Shown: positions 19,961-32,651 of the stretch, in pieces
Position numbering within the stretch: the stretch's first letter is position 1
Layout: each line of letters opens with the position of its first letter
Source of the DNA: an uncultured delta proteobacterium
GTDB lineage: Bacteria; Myxococcota; Myxococcia; Myxococcales; Anaeromyxobacteraceae
Direction of reading: 5' to 3'
Assembly: GCA_963814585.1 (NCBI GenBank)
Contig: CAWFDF010000007.1
Location: 1 to 46,708, forward strand
Length of the DNA: 46,708 nt
Position numbers and translations under genes: made by a program
The notes under the pieces: generated by a model
Told to the model about the DNA's origin: nothing
Databases searched by the model: none
Seen by the model: only the letters and a program-made list of their open reading frames with translations

Positions 19961-20398
19961 TCAGCGCTCGACTCCGTCCGCCTGCAGCCGGGCGGCCAGC
20001 GCGATCATGGCGCCGCCGAGCGCGGCCACCACCGGCTGCAGGGCGCTGGCATGGCCGATGAGCGCGACCTGCGCCGCGATCCAGCCGACCACCACGAAGC
20101 CGGCGCCGAACGCCACCGAAGCCGCGACTCGCCTCCGGCCCGCGATCAGGACCGCCGAGGCCAGCGTGCTTCCCCCCACCACCGTCGCCAGGACCAGGCC
20201 CGGGATCCGGAAGTCCGCGAAGGGTGTCGGCGCCAGCACCGTGAGCGGCATGCCGACCAGGGAGCCGTCGGGCCTGGCCACGAAGGCGATGCCGGTGGGG
20301 ACGGCGCCGGCCGCCAGCACCATGGCGATGGCGAAGAGCAGCCACCGCAGTCCGGGCTCCCCGGACTGGCCGGGCTCTGTCGCTGGCGACGTCGACAT
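19961..20398 (-). CDS. Small integral membrane protein (about 4 TM) directly downstream of nrfA
   Basis: MSTSPATEP..LRWLLFAIAMVLAAGAVPTGIAFVARPDGSLVGMPLTVLAPTPFADFRIPGLVLATVVGG..; starts 11 nt after the nrfA stop. Confidence 0.7.
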   Translation of the reverse strand: MSTSPATEPGQSGEPGLRWLLFAIAMVLAAGAVPTGIAFVARPDGSLVGMPLTVLAPTPFADFRIPGLVLATVVGGSTLASAVLIAGRRRVAASVAFGAGFVVVGWIAAQVALIGHASALQPVVAALGGAMIALAARLQADGVER

Positions 20399-20409
20399 GC
20401 GCCGGCCCG

Positions 20410-22094
<1,685 letters not shown>

Positions 22095-22128
22095 GGGGTT
22101 CTCCTTCGGGTTGCGGTGGAGGCGAGCT

Positions 22129-22587
22129 TCAGCGCAGGTGGCCGACCGAGGCGTGGCAGCGGATGCAGGACAGGTCGCCGCCGTGGGCCAGGGGGTCGAC
22201 CAGGTCGGCGTGGCAGTGGCGGCAGTTGCCCTCGACGACGGCCCGGCTCTCCGGCCGGGCGCGGATGACGTCGGGGATGTCGCCGATCGTGAAGGCCAGG
22301 GAGTGGTGCCAGCCGTTCTCCGCCTTGACCACGTACCTGGCGATGGGGCCGGCCGGCGTGTGGCAGTCGTTGCAGGTGGCTACCTGGTGGTGCGGGCTCG
22401 CCTGCCAGCCGGCGTAGTGCCCGCTCATGACGTGGCAGTTGGCGCAGGTGGCCGGGTCGTTGCCCAGGTAGGAGGACCCCCTGGCGTACTGGAAGGCGAA
22501 CGCCGCCATCCCCACCGCCAGGCCGGCCAGGGCCGCGGCCAGCGTGAGGGGGACGGGGAGGAGCGAGAAGCCACGGCTCTTCTTCAT
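22129..22587 (-). CDS. nrfH: Cytochrome c nitrite reductase small subunit (NapC/NirT family)
   Basis: N-terminal TM; four heme motifs CANCHVM, CNDCH, CRHCH, CIRCH; KAENGWHHS; directly upstream of nrfA. Confidence 0.93.
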   Translation of the reverse strand: MKKSRGFSLLPVPLTLAAALAGLAVGMAAFAFQYARGSSYLGNDPATCANCHVMSGHYAGWQASPHHQVATCNDCHTPAGPIARYVVKAENGWHHSLAFTIGDIPDVIRARPESRAVVEGNCRHCHADLVDPLAHGGDLSCIRCHASVGHLR

Positions 22588-22887
22588 GGAGGCCTCGGAC
22601 CCGGTTCGCCTCGATCGTCTGCGCCGGCGACGGCGCCGGCAGGCCGACGTCGGTCGACTCGCGAATCATGCCCCCCGGCGCGCCCTCGGCGAGCGGGGCG
22701 TTGGGGTCCCCTCTCGGCGGGAAGCGGGGCGGTGGCAGCGAGCACCTGCGTTCCCCGGAGCACCCGGTGAGCCATTCGGCCGCACCTCCACCGGGCTTGA
22801 GCAAAGGGGGCATCCCTCCCTCACCCTTGCAGGCGCGGTGCGCGCGGGGTCTCATCCGGGCCAATCGAGCCGCTCCCCGGGAGGCCC

Positions 22888-24141
22888 ATGCGCGAGTCGG
22901 CCAGTGGAATGTTCGTCATCGGCCTGCTCCTCGTGGCCGCGACCGCCGGAGCCGCCGGGCCGCGGCTCACGGTCGGGCCGGTCCGGGGCGACACCAGGAG
23001 CGTCATCCCCACGCAGCTGGCCGAGCTGCTCTGTGCCTCCTACGACTGCGTGCTCTGGAAGGAGGTCTCCACGCGGCGCGAGCCCGACCTCGCCAAGGCG
23101 CGCACGCTCGACGTCCGGGGCATCCTGTCCGGCGTGGTGCGGGCGACGGCCACCGGCCAGAAGGTGACGCTCTCTCTCCTCACCACGTCGCCCCGGCCGG
23201 CGAGGACCTGGGACTTCCCGCTCACGGTGTCCGGGCGACTCACGGCGACCGCCACCCGGCAGCTCGAGCTGGACCTCCCGGCGCTGCTGCGCCCGCCGCC
23301 GCCGGCCGCCCCGCCGCCGCCGGTCCGGGCCCCCGAGCCGGTGGCGACCGCAGCCCTCGCGCCACCGCCAGCGGCGGCCACCCGGCCGCCACCGGCCGCC
23401 GTGCCCGCGCCGGCCGAGCGCCGCTGGCTGGCGGGCGTCGAGGTGGGCCTCTTCGCCGACCAGCGCCGGCTCTCCTACGGCGGCCTCTCGGCGAGCACCG
23501 GGACGCTGCTTGGCTTCGACGCCGCCGCCATGGTCGGCGCCAGCGTCTCGGTGGAGGTCTTCCCCCTGGCCCACGGCGCCTCCGCCGCGCTGGGCGGCGC
23601 CGGGCTCCGCGTCGGCCTGGCGACGTCGATCGGCCTGAAGACCCAGGACCCGGCTGGAGACGAGCTGCCCACCCGGTTCTCGCGGGTGGAGATCGGCGCC
23701 CGCTGGCGATCGCCGCCGCTGACCGCCCTCCGGCTGGTGCTGGTGCCGGACGTGGCCTGGGTCTCGCACAAGCTGATCGTCACCCCCGCCATCCCCGGCC
23801 TTCCCAACAGTGACCTCTCCGGCGTCAGGGTGGGCCTGTCGGCCGAGGCGCGGGTGGCCAGCCGGGTCACGATCCTGGCCGGCGTGGGCTGGGTGGACTG
23901 GCTGACCGCCCGGGAGCTCATCCAGGGTGAGCCCGCCTTCTTCCCGGGCTCCGGAGCGTCGGGGCTGGAGGCGGAGGTGGGCGCCGGCGTGGCCGTGGGG
24001 GGACCGATCTCGCTGCGGCTCCTGGGCCAGTACGCCTCGACCCGCTACAGGCTCACTCCCGATCCGACCGGAACCTACGCGGCCACCAGCGCCGAGGATC
24101 GCCTTCTCGGGTTGTGCGCCTCGGTGCGCGGCGAGTTCTGA
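22888..24141 (+). CDS. Hypothetical outer-membrane protein: signal peptide, small N-domain, Pro/Ala linker, C-terminal beta-barrel
   Basis: GGAGG Shine-Dalgarno; signal peptide; PPPPAAPPPP linker; alternating beta-strands; terminal Phe (..SVRGEF*). Confidence 0.65.
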   Translation: MRESASGMFVIGLLLVAATAGAAGPRLTVGPVRGDTRSVIPTQLAELLCASYDCVLWKEVSTRREPDLAKARTLDVRGILSGVVRATATGQKVTLSLLTTSPRPARTWDFPLTVSGRLTATATRQLELDLPALLRPPPPAAPPPPVRAPEPVATAALAPPPAAATRPPPAAVPAPAERRWLAGVEVGLFADQRRLSYGGLSASTGTLLGFDAAAMVGASVSVEVFPLAHGASAALGGAGLRVGLATSIGLKTQDPAGDELPTRFSRVEIGARWRSPPLTALRLVLVPDVAWVSHKLIVTPAIPGLPNSDLSGVRVGLSAEARVASRVTILAGVGWVDWLTARELIQGEPAFFPGSGASGLEAEVGAGVAVGGPISLRLLGQYASTRYRLTPDPTGTYAATSAEDRLLGLCASVRGEF

Positions 24142-24182
24142 CGGTCGTCGGCCAGGCAGGCAGGTCGCTCCTCGGCGCCGCG

Positions 24183-24212
24183 TTGACCGTCACGGCGGCG
24201 CCGCGCTATAGC
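24183..24212 (+). promoter_or_regulatory. Putative sigma70-type promoter for ispB
   Basis: TTGACC (24183-24188), 18 nt spacer, TATAGC (24207-24212), about 40 nt upstream of the ATG. Confidence 0.5.
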
Positions 24213-24251
24213 CCGACCTCCTCCGCCCCCTCTCGGAGCACCTCGCCTCGC

Positions 24252-25299
24252 ATGGCCTCGGACCAGGACATCCTGTCGCAGCTGAACGCGAGCGCCGAGC
24301 GCGGCGTGCGACCGGAGCGGGCCCAGGCGGCGCTGGCCGAGGTCCCCCACCTCGCCGAGACCCTGGCCGAGCTGGAGCAGCGGCTCTCCACCGCCACCGA
24401 CGACGCCGAGGCGCGCCTCCAGGCCTCGGCCCGCCACCTGGTGTCGGCCGGCGGCAAGCGGATCCGCCCGCTGGTCTCGCTGCTGGCCTGTGGCGCCAAC
24501 GGCGGCCCGCTCACCGCCGCCATCCCCTACGCCGTGGCCGCCGAGCTGACCCACTCGGCCACCCTGCTCCACGACGACGTCATCGACGACGGACCCCTGC
24601 GCCGCGGCCAGCCCGCCTCGCGGATCATCTGGGGCAACTCGGTCTCGGTGCTGGCCGGCGACTGGCTGCTGACCCGGGCGCTGGAGATCGTCTCGCAGGC
24701 GGCGGCGGCGCGTCTGGCGCTCGGGCCGCTGCTCGCCACCATGCGGCGGCTCGTCGAGGGTGAGGTGCTGCAGCTCACCTTTCGCGGCACCTTCGCCGCC
24801 ACCGAGGCCACCTACCTGCAGGTGGTGACCGGCAAGACCGCCTCGCTCTTCGGCTGGGGCGCGGCCGCGGGCGCCTGGGCGGCCGGCGTCGAGGGGGCGA
24901 TCCCCGAGGCGCTGGTCCGCTTCGGCGAGGGGATCGGCGTGGCCTTCCAGCTGGTGGACGACGCGCTCGACTACGCCGCCGATCCCGGGCGTGCTCGGCA
25001 AGAAGCTGGGCGCCGACCTGCTGGAGGGCAAGGCCACGCTGCCGCTCATCCGCGCCATCGAGGCCCAGCCGTCGCTGCGCGGGCGGCTCCAGCTCCTGCT
25101 CGACGGGCAGGCCGACGGCGAGGCCGTGGCCGGCGAGGTGCTCGAGGCGGTGCGCCGCTCCGGCGGCGTCGAGGCGGCCCGCGCCATGGCCCGGGAGCGG
25201 ACCGCGCTCGGCATGGCGGCGCTCCAGGCGGTGCCCGACGGCCCGCACCGGCGGGCGCTGGCCGAGGCGGCGCGGTCGCTCACCGAGCGGGCGTCCTGA
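24252..25299 (+). CDS. ispB: Polyprenyl (octaprenyl-type) diphosphate synthase (frameshift near 24990)
   Basis: GGKRIRP, LLHDDVIDD..RRG, KTASLF and FQLVDDALD motifs, continuing as GKKLGADLLEGKATLPLI in the next frame. Confidence 0.88.
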
Positions 25300-25401
25300 G
25301 CGACGAGAGCCCTCCGCGGGGCATCGGCGGCCAGCGCCGACATCGGTTGCAGGACGGACGGTCCGTCCCGTATGGTCGCTGCCTCCCCTGGTTGGGGCGC
25401 C

Positions 25402-28187
25402 ATGACCACCGCCCGCCCGCGCGCGACCCGCTCCCCGCCCCGTGCGGCTCGCCTGCTGGCGCTGGCCCTGTCGCTCGGCGGCACCGGACCGGCGCTGGCC
25501 AGGGAGAGGCCGGCGGGGAGGGCGGTCGAGCACCGGGGCTACTTCGCGACCTACCCAACCGGCCTTCGCCTGGCCGTCTACGAGCTCCCCAACGCACCGC
25601 GGGTCTCGCTGGGCGTCTCCTGGCTGGCCGGCTCGATGGACGACCCCAAGGGAAAGGAGGGGCTCGCCCACCTCGTGGAGCACCTCGCCTTCCGCCGCCG
25701 CGTCACCGGCGGCACCGTCTGGCAGCGGCTGCAGGGGGACGGCGTCGCCTTCAACGCCTCCACCACGCACGACGCCACCGTCTACTGGGAGACCGGGAAG
25801 CCCGAGCAGCTGCGCGCCCTGCTGACGCTGGAGCTGCTGCGGGTGGAGGACCCGCTCCTCGGCGTCACCGCCGCCGAGTTCGAGACCGAGCGCGAGGTGG
25901 TGGTCTCGGAGCTGCGGGAGCGGCGTCAGTCGGCGCCCGAGCTCGTCGCCCACGAGGCGCTCGAGGCCCGGCTCTTCGGCGCCGGCCACCCCTACGGGAG
26001 GAACGTCGGCGGCACCGAGGCGTCGGTCCGCCGCATCACCTGGCCCGACGTGCAGGGCTTCGTCGAGCGGCTCTATCGGCCGGAGCGGGCCATCCTCACC
26101 ATCATCGGACCGCGGTCCGCCAAGGAGGTGGGGGCGCTGGCCTTCGACCTGCTCGGGCCGCTCGCCTCCGGCCCGGAGGGGATCGTGACGCTGGGCGGAG
26201 TCCCCGCCGGCCGGGGCCCGAATCCCCATGCCGGCCGACCCGCCACAGGCGCTGCTCACGCTCCAGGGTGCCGTGGCGAGGCCCGATCCTGCTGGTGGCC
26301 TTCCCGGTGCCAGGCGAGACCGCCGAGGCCGGCGCCATGGCCCGCGCCTCGGCCATGGCGCTGCAGCAGGTGCTGGGCCGACGCCTCCTCGGCATGGGGG
26401 ACTGGGAGAAGGTCGCCAGCATCAACGCCTGGTACCGCGCCCACGACGGGCTCGGCACCGTCACCGCCCGGATCGAGCTCGAGCCGGGCCTGTCCCCCGA
26501 GTCCGTGCTCGATGCGCTCCGCGACAACCTCGTCTCGGTCGAGAACGAGGGCGCCGACGGGAAGGGGCGGGCCCAGGTGGCGCAGCAGGCCCGCGACTCG
26601 ATGCTGATGTCGACCTACCTCTCGCTCGAGAGCCTGAGCATCGGCGGCCTCTCCGAGTACCTGCGCGCCACCGGGAAGCAGGACGCCATCCGCGGCCGGC
26701 AGCTCCAGGTCCTCTCGCTCAACCAGACCATCGAGACCTACTGGCACGAGCACTTCAAGCGGAGCCGGTCGGCCGCGGTGGTCGTCCTGCCCGACCCGGA
26801 GTGGCCGGCGCCGCTCTCGGGCGGGACCGGCCTCGCGGAGCGCATGAACGACGCCCACTCCGAGGAGGGCGGCACCTTCACGCCGAGGCGGCCGGTGGAG
26901 GAGGTGGCCAGGCCACCCGGGCTCGACCAGGCCGTGCGGACCAGGCTTCCCAACGGCCTCACCGTGGTGCTGGTCCGCCGCCCGCTCCTGCCGCTCGCCG
27001 AGGCGAGGCTGGTGATCCCGACCGACCTGGCCGGGCAGGGCGGCACCTCGACGCTGATGCCCAGGTTCGCCATGGCCTTCGCCGGGAACCGCTCCGACAG
27101 CCGCTGGATGCACAGCAGCCGGCTGGGCGCGCAAGGGTACACGGCGCCGGACCTGGAGTCGGTCAGCTTCATGCGGCGCGGCTCGGCGGCCACGCTCCAG
27201 CAACTGCTCGAGGACCTGGAGCGGCTCACCCACAACTTCGAGTTTGGCCGCTCCCGCGCCACCTGGATCCGCGACTCGATGTCGAAGGCGCTCGGCGCGG
27301 CGCGGCGCCTCCCGAGCGGCATCGCCAGCGAGGCGTTCGACGACGCGCTCTACCCCGGGCACCCTTACGGGCATCGCGACCTCCCCGCCGACGCCGAGGC
27401 GCTCGAGACCGGCGCCGCCGAGGCCTGGGTCGAGCAGCAGCTCCTGCCGGACCAGGCCACGCTCATCGTGGCCGGCGACATCGAGCCGGGCGGCGAGCTG
27501 CTGAAGAGGATCACCTCCATCTTCGGAGGCTGGAGGCCGGGCCGCGCCGGCCCGCTGCTGCGCACCGAGCCGCCCCTGCCCAAGGCGCCTCGACTGCTCC
27601 TGGTGGACCAGCCCGGCTCCAGGCTGGCGGAGCTGAGGGTGGGCCTGCGCGCCCCGCCCGCGACCGTGCGGGACGGGGCGGCCGGTGACGCCGTGGCTCG
27701 CCGCCTGGGCCAGACCCTGCAGGAGACGCTCCGCGTCGCCGCCGGCACGACCTACGGCGTGCATGCCCGGTTCACGGAGCTCCCGCTGGCCAGCACCCTC
27801 TTCCTCGAGACCGCGGTGGACGCCAGCGTCGCGGGCGAGGCGCTGGTGCGCCTGCTGGCCGGCGTCGAGGGGCTGGCCCAGGTGCCGCTCCCGGAGGAGG
27901 CCGTGGCGCAGGTGAGGTGGTTGCTGGCGCGAGACTTCTCCATGCAGTTCGACACCACCTCGCAGGTGACCGGCGCCCTCGCCACCTCGGCCGCGCAGGG
28001 GCTCCCACCTGACCACTGGGAACGGCACGCGGCCTCCATCGTGTCGCTCACGTCCGCCCGCATCCAGGGCCTGGCCCGGTCGCTGCTCGGCCGCGAGGTG
28101 ATCCTGGTGGTGGGCGACGCCCGGGTGGTGGGCCCCCAGCTCCAGGACGCCGGCTTCGACGCGGAGCTGGTCACGGCGGCGCGGTAG
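25402..28187 (+). CDS. Secreted M16 (insulinase/pitrilysin) zinc peptidase (frameshifts near 26220-26280)
   Basis: Signal peptide; GLAHLVEH (inverted HXXEH), FNAST, EREVVVSELRER and HPYG motifs; second half begins RLPNGLTVVLV with YPGHPYG. Confidence 0.85.
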
Positions 28188-31100
28188 CCGCGGCTCCCCG
28201 AGGCTCCCGGCCCCTGGAGAGCGCCACGTAGATGGCCGGCAGCACCAGCAGGGTGAGCGCCGTCGAGGTCACCAGCCCGCCCATCACCACCACCGCCAGC
28301 GGCTTCTGGATGTCGGCGCCGGACCCCTGCGCGTAGAGCATGGGCAGGTGGCCGATGAAGCTGGTGAGGGCGGTCATGAGCAGCGGCCGGAAGCGCAGGC
28401 GACAGCCCTCGCGGACCGCGTCCGCCACGCTCCGGCCCTGGTCGCGGAGCTGCCGCAGGAAGGCGACCAGCACCACGCCGTTCTGGACGGCGACGCCGAG
28501 CAGCACGATGAAGGCGACGGCGGCGGAGACCGAGACCGGCATGCGGAAGAGGACCACCGCGACCACGCCGCCCACCAGGGCGAAGGGGAGGTTGAGCAGC
28601 ACCAGCAGCGCGTCCCCGAAGGAACCCAGCGCCAGGTAGAGCAGGAGGAGGATGAGCGCCAGGGCGACCGGGACCACCACGGCCAGCGTTCGCATGGCCC
28701 GCTGCTGGTTCTCGAACTGGCCGCCCAGCTCCAGGAACGTGCCCGGGGGCAGCTCCCGCTCGAAGGGCGCCAGCCGCTCCTGGACCTCGGCCACGAACCC
28801 GCCCAGGTCCCGCCCACGGATGTTGGCCTCCACCACCACGCGGCGGATGCCGTTCTCGCGCGAGACCTGCGCCGGGGCCTCGACGAGCCGGATCTCGGCG
28901 AGCTGGGCGAGCGGCACGCGCTCACCGCCAGGGGCCGCCACCAGGAGCCTGGCGATGCGCCCGATGTCGCTGCGGCTCTCGGGCGGGAAGCGGACCACCA
29001 CCGCGATGCGGCGCTGCTCCTCGATGAGCGTGGTGGCGGCCTTGCCGGCGATGGCCGTCTCGATGGTGTCGTTGACGTCGCCCACCGAGATGCCGTGGCG
29101 GGCCGCTGCCTCCCGGTCGATGACCACGTCGTACTGGGAGAGGCCCGAGACCTGCTCCACCTTGACGTCGGTGGCCCCGGCCACGCCGCCCACCGCCACG
29201 GCGATGCGATCCGCCAGGCCCTTGAGGAGGGCGAGATCGGTGCCGAAGACCTTCACGGCCAGGTCGCTCTTGACGCCCGAGATGAGCTCGTTGACGCGCA
29301 GCGCGATGGGCTGGGAGAAGGAGAAGCGCAGGCCGGGGATCTGGCCGAGCTCGAGCTTCATGGCCTCGGCCAGCTCGGCCCGGGACCGGGAGCCTCCGAA
29401 GGCGCGCCGGGGCTTCAGCATGACGAAGACGTCGGTCTGCTCCGGGCCCATGGGGTCCTCGGAGATCTCGGCGCGGCCGGTCTTCGAGACCACCGTCTCC
29501 ACCTCGGGGAAGGCCTGGAGCCGCCGCTCCAGGAAGCGCGCCACCGCCACCGAGCCCTGCAGCGAGGCGCTGGGCAGGCGGACCACGTTGATGGCGATGG
29601 CCCCCTCGTCGAGCGCCGGCATGAACTCGGTGCCGACGAGCGGGACCAGGGCCCCGGCGCCCACCAGCACGGCCACCGAGATCCCGATGGTCTGGCGCGG
29701 CCTCGCCACGGCCCGGTCGAGGAGCCCGAGGTAGCCGGCGTGGAGCCGGCGCACGCAGGCCGAACTCCCGCTCCGGCGCCTGCTCCAGCGCCAGCTCCGA
29801 GAGCACCGGGACCACCAGCAGCGCGATCGCCAGCGAGACCAGCAGCGCGATGAGCATGGTCGAGGCGAGCGGGGCGAACATCTTCCCCTCGATGCCCTGG
29901 AGCGCGTAGAGCGGCACCAGGATGACGGCGATCACCAGCACCGAGAAGGCGACCGGCCGGGCCACCTCGTGGACCGCCTCGGCGACGATGCGGCGCCTGG
30001 GGGTGCCGCCGGCGCGGTGCGCCAGGTGGCGTCGCACGTTCTCGACCACCACGATGGAGGCGTCCACCACCATGCCCACCGAGAAGGCCAGGCCGCCGAG
30101 CGACATGAGGTTGGAGGTGAGCCCCACCCGCCCCATGACGATGAAGGTGACGAGGAAGGTGAGCGGCAGCGAGACCAGCACCACCAGCGCGGTGCGCAGC
30201 TCGGCGACGAAGAGGAAGAGGACCAGGATGACGAGGACCCCGCCCTCCAGCAGGGCGTCCACCACGGTGCGGATGCAGGCCTCGATGAGCGAGGTCCGGT
30301 CGTAGAAGACGTTGATGCGGGCGCCAGCCGGCAGGGTGGACCGCGCCTTCTCGATGGCGCCCCTCACCCGGGCCACCACCTCCTGGGCGTTCTCGCCCTT
30401 GAGCATGATGACCATCCCGGCCACGACCTCGCCCCGGGCGTCGCGCGACACCGCACCCTGCCGGGGCGCGGCGCCGATGACGACGTCGGCCACGTCACGG
30501 AGGTAGACCGGGGTCCCGTCGTGGGCCTTCAGCACCACCCGCTCGATGTCCGGGATGTCCCGCAGCAGCCCGACGCCGCGCAGGTAGGTCTGCTCCCATC
30601 CCTCCACCACCACGCCGCCACCGGCGTTGCCGTTGGATCGCTCCAGGGCCTCGGCGACCTCCCTGACGGTGAGGCCGTACTTCACCAGCCGCTCCGGTCG
30701 CACCAGCACCTGGTACTGCTTCACCTCGCCGCCGAAGCTGTTCACCTCGTTGACGCCGGGCACCGGCTTGAGCAGCGGCGCCACGATCCAGTCCTGGATG
30801 GTGCGCAGGTCCATGGGCGACAGGCCGTCGCCCTCCAGCGTGTACTGGAAGATCTCGCCGAGCCCCGTCGAGATGGGTCCGAGCTCCGGCTCGACCCCGG
30901 GCGGGAGCCCCTCCCGCACCGCCGCCAGCCGCTCGAAGACGACCTGGCGCGTCCAGTAGGTGTCGACCCCGTCCTCGAAGACCACCACCACCTGCGACAG
31001 CTCGGCCTTGGAGAGGGAGCGGACCGACCTCACTCGCGGGAGGCCGCGCAGGTGCTGCTCGATGGGGAAGCTGACGCGGATCTCGACGTCCACCGCGGCC

Positions 31101-31261
31101 AGGCCCGGGGCCTTGGCCAGGACCATGACCTGGGTGTTGGTGACGTCGGGGAAGGCGTCGACGGGGAGGCTGGTCCAGGCCACCGCGCCCCCGACGGCGA
31201 GGGCCGCCGTGACCAGGAGGACGAGGAAGCGGTTGCCGAGGACCCACTGGATGGCACGCAT
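28171..31261 (-). CDS. czcA: CzcA/CusA family heavy-metal efflux RND permease (frameshift near 29755)
   Basis: LPVDAFPDVTNTQV, GPISTGLGEIFQY, GMVVDASIVVVEN, EFMPALDEG, RFRPLLMTA and QKPLAVVVMGGL motifs. Confidence 0.92.
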
Positions 31262-31271
31262 GTCGGGGTCC

Positions 31272-32651
31272 CTAGTCGGCGCAGCCGGCGCCCATCTTGG
31301 AGCGCAGGACGTCCGACTTGAGCAGGAAGGCGCCGTCGACCACCACCAGCTCGCCGCCGGAGAGGCCCCGCCTCACCTCCACCCAGTCGACGCTGGCGCG
31401 GCCGGTCTCGACCGGGCGCCGCATGAAGTAGTCGCCCTGCTGGTGGAGGAAGACGAAGGACCGCCCCTCGTCGGCCAGCACCGCGCGAGCGCGGCAGGGC
31501 CAGCGCCTCCTCGTCGCCCGGCAGGTAGAGCTGCACCGCGGCGAACATCCCGGCGCGCAGCGCGCCGGCGGGGTTCTCCGACGGCGATCCGGACCTTCAC
31601 GGTGCGGGTCTTCTCGTCCATGGTCGGGCCGACGAAGTCCACGGTCCCGGGGAAGACCTCGCCGGGGAAGGCCTTCACGGTCACGCCGGCGCGGAGCGCG
31701 GAGCGCTCCGCCGCCAGGACCCGGCCGAGCTGGTCCTCGTAGAGGTCGGCCCAGAGCCAGAGGTCGGAGAGGTCGCCCACCGTCAGGATGGACTGGTCGG
31801 GGCGGACCAGCTCGCCCGGGACGGCGTGCATCTCGAGCACGACGCCGGCGGCGGGCGCGCGCAGCACCAGGCGGCCCCGCCCTGCCGCGCCTCCCGCGCC
31901 GGCCAGCGCCTCGACCTCGCCGCGTGTCAGGCCCAGGCGGACCAGCTTCTCCCGCGCACCCTGCAGCCGGATCTCGGCGGCCTCGCGGTCCTGGCGGGCC
32001 TGGAGCCACTCCTTCTCCGAGGCGATCTTCTCCTCGCGGAGCCCCTCGCTCCGCTCGGCGGCACGCCGGGCCAGCGCCAGCACGCCGCGCGCCTCGAGGT
32101 ACTGGCTCTGGGCCTCGCCGAGCGCCGACGCTCTCCAGCTCCACCAGCGGCTCGCCGGCCTGCGACCCGCTGGCCGAGGCTCACGCGCACCGCCCGCACC
32201 CTGGCCTCGGTGCTGGGCGCGAGGTGCGCGACCCGCCGCTCGTCGAACCTGATCTCGCCGGTGAGCGGGAGCGGCGCCTCGAGCTTGCGGCGCGCCGCCA
32301 CCGCGGTCTTCACCAGGCCTTCGTCGAGGAGCGCCCTCGGCACCCGCACCACGCCCACCTCGTAGCGGCACTCGGTCGCACTCGAAGGTCTTCTTGCCGT
32401 GCTCGCAGCTCCTGGCCATGAGCGCCTCGGCGGGCTGGTCGAGGTCGGAGGCCCTGGTCGCGGCGCCCGCCTGGCCGTGGCCCTCGTGCGCGTCGCCGTG
32501 GCCGGCCTCGCCCGCGGGCGCAGCGCCGCGAGGCTCCGCGGCCGGCGGCGCGCCGGCCCGGGGCGGGGCGGCCGGTGGTGCGCCACCCTCCTTCCGGCAG
32601 CCGGTGGCGAGGGCAGAGGAGGGCGAGCAGCGTCGGGATCGTGCGGTTCAT
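31272..32651 (-). CDS. czcB: RND periplasmic adaptor subunit (CzcB-like lipoprotein; several frameshifts)
   Basis: Lipobox LATGC; His-rich stretch; TGEIRFDERRVAH, LRAPAAGVV, DLSDLWLWADLYE, MDEKTRTVKVR and VVDGAFLLKS motifs. Confidence 0.85.

Noticed and set aside
22588..22887. FNR or NarL sites upstream of nrfH
   Set aside because: No convincing TTGAT-N4-ATCAA or NarL heptamer pair was found; the GC-rich inverted repeats there (about 22620-22642) could be chance.
24114..28187. 1357-aa ORF suggesting a prenyltransferase-peptidase fusion
   Set aside because: It joins ispB and the M16 C-terminal half through off-frame sequence; ispB has its own stop at 25299 and the peptidase has its own signal peptide.
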